Positions 32,916 through 47,012 of a DNA stretch of 64,000 bases are shown here, piece by piece. The notes under the pieces are model-generated. The model saw only the letters and a list, made by a program, of their open reading frames with translations. It made no database searches and was not told the origin of the DNA. A program made the position numbers and the translations under genes. The stretch's first letter is position 1. Every line of letters begins with the position of its first letter. The DNA is taken from NCBI RefSeq assembly GCF_009914755.1, contig NC_060932.1; one strand, given 5' to 3'. The DNA is from the human T2T-CHM13v2.0 reference genome, Homo sapiens.

Positions 32916-33279
32916 TTGTTCGTTTTTACAATTTCCCCATTTAACTTCTCACCAAATTTTAACTTTCTGCAGTGAATTTCAAGACCATCTAGGTATCTGC
33001 CATATTTGCCTGGCATCCACTAGAATATTCTCTTCATGCTTATATTATTTCCTTATCCACTACTTTGTCATTCAACTTTCAACTTAACTTCTTTTTCTTT
33101 TCTTCTTCTCATCATTGTATATAATTTCGTCTATCTAAATTTCTGTCTGTGGAATGAAGGTGAGGTTATTGTATACAGTAGAATTTATTTTTGATTATAA
33201 TTTTCTTTATAAAAATGAGAATACATTAAAAAATGAAAAATAAAACACTCCCCAAAACATAATTGTTTCCTTCAAGTTT

Positions 33280-33760
33280 ATTTTCTTGTATATGAACTTT
33301 TAAAAATCTTCAAATCTTTCCTAAGCAAACATCTGTATAAATAATAAACAATAAATATTTTAGTAATAATATTTGTAACAGCAGTATGTATATAGTTTTC
33401 TGTAACTTTTTCACTTAACATTATGAGAAAAGCATTTTTCATGCTGACAAATAGACATCATAATTATGACTTGAAAGCTATGTGACTTGCCATAATATAA
33501 ACTAACTTGTTTTTGGATTCAATTTATTTCCAGTTGTTACTAGTATAAATAATGTTGCTATGCGTACATTAGTAGATACAGTTCTTTCCCCTATATTTTG
33601 GATTATTTTCTTAATGTAATATCCCAGCAGCGGAATTAGTTGGTTGGAGGTACACATTTCCAAATCACCTTCCAAAAGTTTTACGACCTTACTACCATTA
33701 CATGAAGATGGTGGTTTTGTCATAGCCTCTTGAACATATAATGAATTAATTTCTAATGCT
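33280..33760 (-). mobile_element. Old L1ME 3' fragment
   Basis: Minus-strand translation IPLLGYY..RIATLFILV resembles the ORF2 C-terminus; TTTTTCACTTAACATTATG 3'UTR motif. Confidence 0.6.
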
Positions 33761-36700
33761 AGTTTAATATATTAATATTATGCTGCATAGATGTTTGAAC
33801 TAAACTAATCAATTTGAGGTAATTTTGAATTTTGACCATGTTGATTTCACTTTACAAACTAGTCTTCAGAATGTTTGCCTTAGCCAAGTAAAGTAATAAT
33901 GCTAAAGAAAGAAAATAAGGCCAAATAAAGTGTTTCTACCACTTTACTAAATTTTTTTCAAAAAAACTAAAGATATGGACTTGTCCATCATCTGTCTGTG
34001 GAGCAAACATCTTGTTATTCATATGTTCTCTTTTGCCTGGCTATTATCAGGTGTAAAGCTCCATTAGGCCACCATTTCACATTTAAATAACCTGACTAAT
34101 TGAAGCTTTATCAGTTAGAGATGACCAATGTGGTATATTTTGTATAAAGACACTATAAAATCCAATATCCCTAAGCCTGTCATAATGTTTTATTATGTGA
34201 AGCACCTCAAGAGACTGGACAGATCTCTTAATTGTTCTGCAGGCATTTAAAGGTGATTAAATCACATAAATGTGATCTTTAAAACTGTGGCCATTAATTA
34301 ACCCCTCCAGTGGTCACTCATAGGTTAGCAATATGGCCAGCATTAGAAAGAACCAGCCTTCAATGGCATTCATATTATATTTGTAATCTCACAACAATAT
34401 CTGAATCAAAGTACAAAAATCTTTTTTTATATCTCCTCATATATACCTTAGAAAGGAGAAAATGTGACTTAGGGACCTAACAGAATTATATCAGGGAGGT
34501 TTCTTTAAAGGTGATGGAGATGCTATGTAATTTTGTGTGTGCTAACAAAGCTGTGTGCTAACAAAGCTGTTGATTTTCCACGAATTGTGTCACAGATGTT
34601 TCTGGAGAGAAGTAGAAGCTCTACTTTGCTCACAATGTTGATAATTTTTAAGAATATGTTGATATTGTTTGATGTCTCAGCAAAGAGGAAAGATTTGTCT
34701 GATTGTTAAAGGTATGAATAACTGACAAAATTAGGACTATAGGTTAGACTCCCTCAGCATCAGGAAAAAGACTCAAAGAATGCACCACCCCATATTTAAT
34801 GCAAGAGAGACTAAAAATCACTTCTTTCAGTTCTTCATAAAATTTTTTTTGGGGGGAAGGTGTGGCCAACATTATAATTCCTGCTGCTGCTCCATGTCCA
34901 ACACATTTAGTCAAACTTTTTATACATTTTACCAATTGCTATATTATGACCAAATCTTGAACTTCAGCAAAATAGCAAACCTATGAATAATGAACAAAGA
35001 TAAATGGCTAATTATTATAATAATCAGCTTCAGAACTGCTATGAAATCTTATCATGAAATGGGTACACATAGAGTTTAGGAGTCCTTTTCCAATGAGGTA
35101 CAAGAAGTCATACTTTGGAACCAGAGGTTCTGTTATACTTCTTGTGTGACAATTTCTCCAGAGGGCATTTTCCACTTTTTTGTCTACTTTCTGGTCAAAT
35201 TCCTAAGTTCGGTGGTGGAGATACTCTGAAAATGTGTGTACACAAAGAAAAGATTGTCACAAAACTGCAGTATCCCATGTCTACTCATCATCTGTGGTAT
35301 TTTCCTCTGGGTCTGATAGAAACACAAAGGCCCAAGGAAGCTAAAGCATTTATTTATTAACTACTTTGCTTCTAGACATGATCCTTACTTAAATCATTCT
35401 AAAAAGATTTATTGTATTCTTCAGGGGAGTGTATTTCACACTATGATTAGAAGAATATAACCCTCATGTTAGTAATAAAGTAGGTTTACAAAGGCCATTC
35501 TGGGGACTATGAAATCCCTGACACTTCTTCAAGTTGAATCATTCTAGAAAGACAATTTGAACAAATTCATTGACCACGTTGAAGCACCCACACAACTTTA
35601 GTATTTGAATGACAACTACAATTGTATAATATTCCTGTAGTTTCTAAAAGGAAATAAACATTTTTTCAGCTTATTAATCTTGATTCATTTACACATGCAA
35701 CAGTTTTTAATTTAGCCAGTATGTTGTTTGACAATATCAGCCAAGCATTGTTCCACTTCTCTTGAAAGGCTGAGACTATATTCTTTTTATTCCATCGAAG
35801 TGGGAGAAGAATATTTGACAACAGATAATACCTATTAAATAGTTCCACCAGAGGTTCTGCCAGACCCTCTCCTCTTCCACTGGCCTCAGTGTTAAGCAGA
35901 GAATGTGTGTCTCTCTTCTCTGGTATTTTGTTCTCTTAAGAAAGTGTTGTCACCAGTAATACACAGATAAATAAAATTCTTATTCCAAATTTGGCTGATA
36001 TCTTCACTCTGATCCTATCGTTGGCTGTGCCATATTTCTTAGTAGTGTGTTTTGTTCTCACGTGAGACAGTGGATCTAAGACAAGCCCTTAGGGATGGAA
36101 TGGCAAATATGGGAAACAACATCATTGGCTTTTGTTGGCCAATTTGTTTCTACAGCAAGGCCATCATCTAACACTTTAACATACTCAACATATTTTCACA
36201 AATGGATTAGTACATGGAGTGAGAAGAGGAGAAATCACTAATTTTGTGAAGAATGACAGATCAGTCAACAACATTTCTTTGTGGACAGGAAAGGGAAATA
36301 TTCCAGAGAGCTCCTTTCCTGGTACAAGGATTTACTTATCATGTGCATATTCATTATATTCTCAAATCTTATAATAGAGCCAAGGATATTCCCACTGTAA
36401 GAGCTGTAAACTGAAGTTCAAAGAGCTGGTGACTCTTATCCCATAAAAAGCCATCCAAAGGCACACAAGGATCACAGTTTCTTATTTTGCCACTCACCAA
36501 GTTATTTTTCTTTCCATGTGGCTGGCTTGGTTCCTATCCAAGTGAAGCAAAACCTTTTACCTAAAAAAAAAAAAATTAAAAAAAAAACTAGAATTTTCCA
36601 ATTAACCACATTTATAATGGAGAGAAGAGATTCTTTTGAGGAGTCAAGGACTGATCTCTCCTTGAGGCCAGCTACTGGATTTGATGGAGCAGAGGCCAAA

Positions 36701-37094
36701 TGGGTAATGACAAATTCCAGGTTTTTATGTCTTGGTTCTTCATGTGCCTGAAAACATATGGCATGAGGTTCTGAGACACTGCAGTGATGACAGAGAGAAC
36801 AGACATGTTCAAACTCACAGGATTTTAAGGAATGGGATGGATAGGGAGCTTTGGGAAGGACAATAGTAGGAAAAAAGAAAAATCAATGTAGGATCTGTGA
36901 AAAAATACCTTCAACTTCTACTACACAATTTGCCTTCTAAGAAATGCAGTCTTGAGTTACAAAAGATGGTTCATGGGATGGTTCCTTTACTGGTGTATAG
37001 CACCAATCAAGGACAAATTGTAAACGAATTAAACTGAAATGGAGGGAGAAATTAAGAAAAATAAGGAAAAAGGTTTAAAGAAAAGTTGATTGGT

Positions 37095-37275
37095 TTCCAA
37101 GTAGACAAAGCTGTGGGTATACTCACTTTCTTAGTTTTCTGTGTGTAAATTTTGGACAAATCACTTAATCTTCTTCTCAATGTAAACATTAGATTATTTG
37201 GGGGATTCCGTAAGGTACGTTTTGACAGTAACTTAGCACAGTGCTTACCATATATGAAGCCAACAAATATTATTT
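37095..37275 (+). mobile_element. MIR fragment
   Basis: TTTGGACAAATCACTTAATCTT...ACTTAGCACAGTGCTT..ACAAATATTATT. Confidence 0.55.
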
Positions 37276-38155
37276 TTTCTAGGATATGAATCTAATAAAA
37301 ACCTCATTTAAAGAAACATGTTTCTTTAACATGTTCCTCATTTAAAGATCATGTTGTACACGTAGTCTATTGACGCATGTAGCTGACACTTAAAATGCAC
37401 TAACAAAGATAAGACAATATCAAAATAATTATGAGATCCACTAAAAAGATGATAAATTGATTCCTGATTCTAGTTCTTGTATTATAACCCCTGAAACATG
37501 GCAGGAAATATTTTTATTTTTAATGAGAAAACAGCTTTGGATATAATTCTGGAAATCTCATAGCATATTCTTTTCTTGCAGCACTGTATCTATGGGATGC
37601 ACCTACTTCACAGGCATTCTGTGAAAATTATTCAAACTTATTCATTCATATTGAAACAGATAACATATGAGTGAGACCAGTTGGACTTAGCCAGATCTAG
37701 GCTCAAATCTACATTTGGCCAAAGGAATAACAAGATGCGTCAATCATTACTAGGTCATCCAATATGTTTTTTTCAGAATAAGACAGAAATCTTTATTGTT
37801 ATGCAAAACCTAATGAGTTTAATGCTTTCTCAAACATTTTTAACACTTCATGGTATGAAATACCTGTAAAAATGCACTGAATGCAATTAGTGGGTCACTG
37901 CTTTGCAACCTCTAGTGTGACTTTATTCAAGGAACAATAAGTTTTATGGTCTTGCAGTAAAATCCAACATTGTGAATCATTACTATAGATGTAGCAGCAG
38001 CCTTTGGAAATGAAAGGTCAACAACTACAAATTGGTTGGTTGCTTTTGAAAGGAAATCTTAATAATTCAGTTTGCTTAATGACTCAGCATTAGTTAACTC
38101 TTCTTATTCCCAAAGATCTATCTAAGAACCCATAATTTGTCTTAGTTACCATTAA

Positions 38156-38464
<309 letters not shown>

Positions 38465-38839
38465 TAATTTTAAACTATAGTTACTGCTCACAAAGAGACA
38501 CCCGGTGGGCTAATACCAATCTGCAACATATCAGCTATTGAAGAAAGCACTTTGTAACTGTAAATTCCTATAAATATTAAGTATTCTTACTACTCTTTTA
38601 GTTTTCTACAGCCACTCAAGGAGAATCTTCTAAAGAATATTCCAGCACGGCTCCATTCAGCTTACAAATTCTTCCAGCCAGTCTTCCCTAGCAGTCGTTC
38701 ATATCTATTGTAACAGTTCTAGAGCAACTCCCCAAGCATCAATTGGCCAAATGCCTATTTACCAAAAATCAATGGATTGAATGAATAATTTGCTAAATTT
38801 TCTATATCTTTATAGTAAGTGTTAGTATCTAATAAAGCC

Positions 38840-39392
38840 TTCCACTTTCAAAAAGATGGAGTAGGCATACTTTTCCCTAATCCTCCCACTAATACAAATA
38901 ACAACCATGAACATTATATATAAAAGTAACTTAAGAAAACAGTGAAAGGTAGAGCAAAGATGGCAGAGTTGCTGGGGCTTTGGAATGGCATGCTGGGGAG
39001 CACCCTAGGCTTTCCTGGCACCTCATATATCCCAGAATTGAAGCTAAAGAAGCTACAACCCAGAAACATCAACGAGTGCAGACAAAGAAAAAAAAAAGCC
39101 TCCACGAAGCGTATTGTCTCGAGTCAAGGAGACTGAAAGGAGCAGCCTAGAGAAACGGAAAACTTTTATACAACAATCTCCCTACTTCAGCCAAACACCA
39201 CAGAAAAAAACTACCCATACCAGCAAAAGCCGAGTGGAGAGTATAGACTTTCATCTCAGAGTAGAGAAGCATGCCATCCCTTTCCACACGGATGTGGGTG
39301 TCAAGGGAGGACCAGTAAAGGGTCAGGACCTTCAGCCCCACCCACTGGTAACAAGGCCACTGTCCTGTCAGTGGTGTCAGTGGAAACCATGA
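38840..39392 (+). mobile_element. Ancient L1 5' end (L1MCa/L1MC-type 5'UTR)
   Basis: CTTCCACTTTCAAAAAGATGGAGTAGGCATACTTTTCCCTAATCCTCCCACTAA...ACATTATATATAAAA...CCTCATATATCCCAGA matches recalled L1MC 5' consensus. Confidence 0.65.
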
Positions 39393-40904
39393 AGTAAAAT
39401 CTCCTTGTATGATATCTTACAATTGCATGTGAATCATAATCATCTCAAAATAGATTCATTTTCAAAAGTAAATTTGATAGAGAAAGACCCTTTTTTTCTA
39501 ATGACTTTTCTTGGAGAGCAGAACAAGGCATTCCTACCGCTGCCAGCCAGGGGTGATCAGTGGGAGTGTCCGGAGGCAGCGCTCTTGGCATGGATAGGGC
39601 CCTCGGTGTTCACATCCCAGACAGCAGCCACGACGCTTCCCCAAGCAGCTTGGCAGACAGCAATTGTGGGAAAGTGCAAGTTAGAGCAGGAGAAGAAGAA
39701 TAGGCAGGAGCCACGCAATAACTTCAGCTGACAGTTTGGTTCATGAGGATGGATGGGCCAACCCTTTGGAGACTCCCAAAAATAACTGGGAAACACCTGA
39801 GCATACCCTCTTTGGACTAGTAGGGCTCAATTGATCATTAAAAGTAATTGTGACTTATTTTAGAACCACAAACTAGTAAGAACTGAAACATCTGTGTTTT
39901 AATTATTCCCTGTGACCTTGACCACTAATTCATCTAGTGCTTAATCCATTTACCTAGATGAATAAATGAAATTCTTCATAAACAGTATGTCTAGAAGAAG
40001 GTAATATTATAAATACTTCAAGGTGCAGATTAATAGTTTCATTATTGTCCCCCCAAGCATTCACCAGTTCTTCTGTGTGTGGTATAAAGCCAGGCACTGT
40101 ACAAAGGAATAAAGAAAAGGAGTTTCTGCCTTTCAGAATTTACAACTAAAGCAAAAATTAAACACATGAAGAAATGTAGGGCAGAAATAGGAAACCACCT
40201 AAACGTTGTGTGCACAAATCCCTGCCAACACCACCAGTGGCCAAACTACCCCTCGTCTCCCCATGTCCATCTTTAGCTTCATTCCTTCCATTCCTGCCCA
40301 AGCCACCTGGGCCTCACACCCCACCTGGATCACATACCTGAAGTGGTAATGAGTAGTAGTCACTGTCCACATGATGATTTCCTAAGGGCTTACCATGTGT
40401 CAGGTTCCATGGTAATTCTCAGAGTCATAAAAAAGAAGAAAACATGGCCTCAGCTCTCCAGCCTCGGTCAACAAATAACACAATCAGGGTGGCTAATGCA
40501 GCAGGACTCAACCAGACTAGGTCGAGTAGAGGCATAAAAAAGAAAGGGAGCAATTCAGCCACACAACAAGCATCCAATTTATGGGCATTCACACCTGCAC
40601 TTATACCAACCTTTTTCCTTGAAATAATGAGACAAAATAGGGCCGTCGTTGGTGTGACATCAGGGCACCTGCCTATTTCCCAAGGAGGTTATAAAACACA
40701 AATGTTCAAACTATAAGGGACCTGAGCTATATTCCCAACTACCACTAATTTATCTGGGACGTTAAGGAAGTCCCGTGGCTTTTCTGGGTCTCATTACCTT
40801 TACATGTAAAATAAAATGGTATGCAGACCACCAAAGGCCAATCCCAGATGTAAGTCACTGCTTAATCACCACCTAAAGGGCAATCAAACCAATCATGGTT
40901 CCTC

Positions 40905-41095
40905 CACATTCTAGCCCAGTGAACTTGGGCAAGCCACTACCTTCCTTTGCCTCAGTTTCCTCCTCTGTAAAGTGGGCATAATAATAAGACATCTCCTAGG
41001 AGTGTCAGGAAGGTTTAATTACTATATGTAATGTGCTTAGAAGAATGCTTAGCACATACTCAGTAATATATAAATATTACCTATTACTATTAGAA
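40905..41095 (+). mobile_element. MIR SINE
   Basis: GAACTTGGGCAAG...TGCCTCAGTTTCCTCCTCTGTAAAGTGGGCATAATAATA core. Confidence 0.85.
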
Positions 41096-41479
41096 ATTTT
41101 TATTATTTCAGATTTCCAATGATATTTCAGTATTTCATTTATGTTGTTCATCACCTGGATTGTAAATGTACAAAGTGTTTTGCATAATCTTTCCAATAGT
41201 CAGTATTGGGAATTCATAAATTAATTAATTAAGAGTTAGATTATGCCAAAAACACACTCCTAAAAATTAAAGTAGTTTCTTTGGAAAACCACATTATAAC
41301 ACAGAGGATATTATTAGATTATTTAATCATATATAAATAATACCCTTCTGACCACAAAAAAATGTAGACATATTTCCAAAGCTGGCTAACAATGAAAATG
41401 ACCTGAACACCTAACTTGAGACCCACTGGCTCCTTGCTATTCAGGTGTAGTCGGTAGACCAGCAGCTCTGGCACTTGAT

Positions 41480-41580
41480 TCAAGAAGTCTTATTTGGAGT
41501 CCAAGAATCTGCATTTCCGCAAGTCTTCTGGTGCTGCTGACGCTGCTGGTTAACAAACTTTACTTTGAGTAGCAAGGCAG
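41480..41580 (+). mobile_element. MER5-like fragment
   Basis: CCAAGAATCTGCATTTCC..AAG...GGTGCTGCTGACGCTGCTGGT...TACTTTGAGTAGCAAGG. Confidence 0.55.
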
Positions 41581-44500
41581 TAAGATGCAGGAATCAGAAT
41601 TAGACTTTAAAATAACTGAAATGATTGAATTAGTTGTACCAAAGTCCCATTAATGGACCAAATCTGGAAAAGGTCTTACTCAGCACGTTGTACAATCACA
41701 ATCATGTTGAAAAAGCATTTTAGAACTTACATGGAATTCTAACATGGGTACATCTATACACATAAGAGGCTCCATATTCGTTGACACGTTGCTTGTGACT
41801 TAATTTTTGTAATAAAATATTCACGGTTACAGAGATGAACTGACATAGTCTTCATAAGTGAGCACACATAATGGGAGACATATTCCCTGATTTTAACTTG
41901 GACAACTGCAGGAATATCTTTATATAAACATGTATCACTATCACTGTGAAACTGGGATTTCAAAAGTGATTTTTGGTTTGTTTTCTACTTTTTAAAATTT
42001 TAGAGGGGCTTGTATTCTTCCATAAAAGATGGAAGTCCAACCCTCAGAGTGCTTTCTGTCAGAATCTTAACAGTTGTACAATGTCTAAAGATTTAAGATT
42101 AAAATTATACATATATATACATTATGCTTAAAAAAAAAGGCCTAATCCCCAGCAGCTGGAGCATAGTACCAAGAGGCCCTACTTTTGAATGGACTTGAAA
42201 TTGGAATTCAAATCTTTCCTTAAAACAAATGAAAAAATAATTCTGTTGAAATGAAAACCTAACAGTAGTGAGGCAAGAGGAGGGTGTGGGAAGAAGCGAA
42301 AAGCAAACTATTCAGTGACTGCAGCCAATCTTTACAACTGGCTCTGAGAAAAAGACTGAGACGTTCCTTGCTACAAAAGATGCAGCGAAGTCACGGCTCT
42401 CCAAGCTGCTGAGAACAGGCGATGCTTGAATAAACCCTCCTCCAAACCTTGGAAGATGTATGACTTCGGGATTTCAGAGGTTTCCAAAAATACACAAAAC
42501 ACAGAAAACACTTTCCTACTTTGCCAAAACACATCGGCCCTTTGTTTACATTATGTTCTCCCTTTCTATATGTTGGAAATCATAAGACCCCTCATGGCAT
42601 TGATAAGACTGAACATAGGGGAAAGCAAATGGGAGGCCGCTCAGTGAATTCTGTCTTGAAATCTTCTTTCACACCTCTTTCCGAAATGTAAATATGGACT
42701 CAATCCAGCTTTCCCAGTCCGAATGACTTTGGCTGAGGGCGGTTGGTATGGAAGTCATTTCCCTTCTAGGTGCAGTAGCTACTTTCCACAGACTCAACAA
42801 AGACACGAAATATCATTAACATCTGATTCTGAAAAGGTTGACAACCACTTCTTTGTTTTACTCAGCAGTCTGGGGAAAGCTGCTGCGCATTACACGATCA
42901 TGAGCAAAATTATACCTATTAGGCTCTGATATGAGTATTGGAATATCTCTCTCATTTGCGCACAGCATTGAAGCTTCAATATGCCTATTGTTTTCACAGT
43001 ATCCATTACATATTTTAAATGGCATGGAAAGATCATATATGTAAACATTACTTCAGCTGAGGCTGAGTGATGCTTGGCAAAGCTAGAGAGGCTGTCTGAC
43101 CTCCCTGGGCCTTGGTTTCAAGGAAAGGAGCGCCAAGGGACTTTGTCAGGGGATGGCTGATGGTTATGAAAAGGAGTAAGATGGATTGACCAATGGGTGC
43201 TGCTGCATTAAAGAAGTCTGGATCCCTTCCTTTGACACACACAAAAAGCTCCAGGCCTCAAACTGGCTCCTTTATTTTGCAGCATACAGAAAGAGGATGA
43301 AAGACTTGCCTGAGGGTCTGAAATACCAAGAGGGAAGAGTCTGGAAGAAAGGGGAGAAGGCTGACTGGTTGCAGCTTCAGGATTCATGAATAAAAAAGGA
43401 GAGAGGGAAAGGGGCCTCCAAATTTAAAAGTACTTCTAAAATAGCCATTAATAATCACATTCTCTAAGATAAAAGCAAGAATCCTAAGCTTTTTTTTTTT
43501 AAGCACTGATGTTTTTCTCACAGTCTTCAGAGTAGGAAATGGAATTAGCCTAAAAACATGAAATCAACTGATTAAGAACTCTTGAAACTTCCCAGGGTCA
43601 TGAGGCACGCTGGATGGCAGCACTCGCCTCTCCTCACCATAGCAGATGTTGTGAGCAGAAACATTTCTGCACACAGGAGGTTGATGCTGTGAGCAACCTG
43701 TAATTTTAATCATTTACAGAGCTGAGTGTAAGCCTCCACCCCAAGATCTAAGTCCTAGAGCCCTGGACTCATGTTGGAATGTTTATTGATATTTTTCTAA
43801 GAGACGCTCTCAAAATTATCCTCGCATTTTACTCACCATTAGTCCACATTTAGAGAGCATTTTCTGCCTTTTTAGATTAGACTTAGATTTTCCTGATAAC
43901 CAGGAATATAAACACAGGGAATAAGTCATTATTTGAAGGATGTGGGCCATACAGATAGGCAAAAAATTTCCTCTAGGCCAAATGTATACTAAAAAGTTTA
44001 TTGTGCTAAATAATTCTGTTTCCTTGATAGATGGCTCACACTCACTTTTAGTCTGAAAATCTGGTCTCAGGCAACCTCACAGTAAGAAACTAATGGCTGT
44101 TTACTGCTGCAGAAGGCAGCAAAATTGCTTCTTTAACCCTACTGAAGTTAGTCTATAACAAATCAAATCAACAGACATATTTTTTAGACATTTCTTAGCA
44201 TGTTGCCATGCTAAGAAACAACAAGATGCGTGAGATAGTGTCTCCTCCTCAACCAGACTGTGAGCTTACTTACAAGTGGGCAAAGTTAAACTGTAACATA
44301 AGATTTAAATGAAGAGCAACTATGAGATTGAAATGTGATGGGATTCCTTGGTGAGCAAGTAAAACAGACCACAGATGCTACTGGACATCAGAGACTGAAG
44401 GGGACCATCAAAGGGTCCAGGACAGGCTTTATCAAGGAAGTGAGATTTGCCCACCTATGAAATCATTGCCCTTTATAGGATTAAAAGATTTGCAATAGGT

Positions 44501-44620
44501 AAAGATGTTTTCCAAAACAGTATTGTAAATAGTTTTCTTTCTGTCTCTCTGTCTTCTTCCCCTGTAAAGGTTTTTTTTTTTTTTTTTTTTCATTTTTTTT
44601 GTTGTTTTCCTTAATAGGTA

Positions 44621-46697
<2,077 letters not shown>

Positions 46698-46985
46698 GTT
46701 TGCTTGCCAGTAGGCTGTCTCTTTTTAAACACATGAGACATCTTAATGATCCATCAGTCCAATGACATTTTAAAAAATAGGCCACAGCACTAGCCATTTG
46801 GGGAAACTCGGCTATGCTGTCTACTGCCTATTATGTTAAAATGACATGAGGACAAGCTGTCCTCCCTAGAACCGAATACATTCCCCCATGTGTGTCCTCA
46901 CACAATTCTGGGTTCTAGGCCCTTAAAGCTTTATTTATTCTTTTCAGAACAACATGCCTACTCACTTCCAGCAGCATACCTGTGT

Positions 46986-47012
46986 ACACACACACACACA
47001 CACAAACACACA
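46986..47012. repeat. (CA)n microsatellite
   Basis: CA run. Confidence 0.9.

Noticed and set aside
44571-44620. Short 3' transduction or TSD for the L1PA7-like copy
   Set aside because: There are two T-tracts separated by ~20 bp, but I found no matching duplication near 46697, so the boundaries cannot be established.
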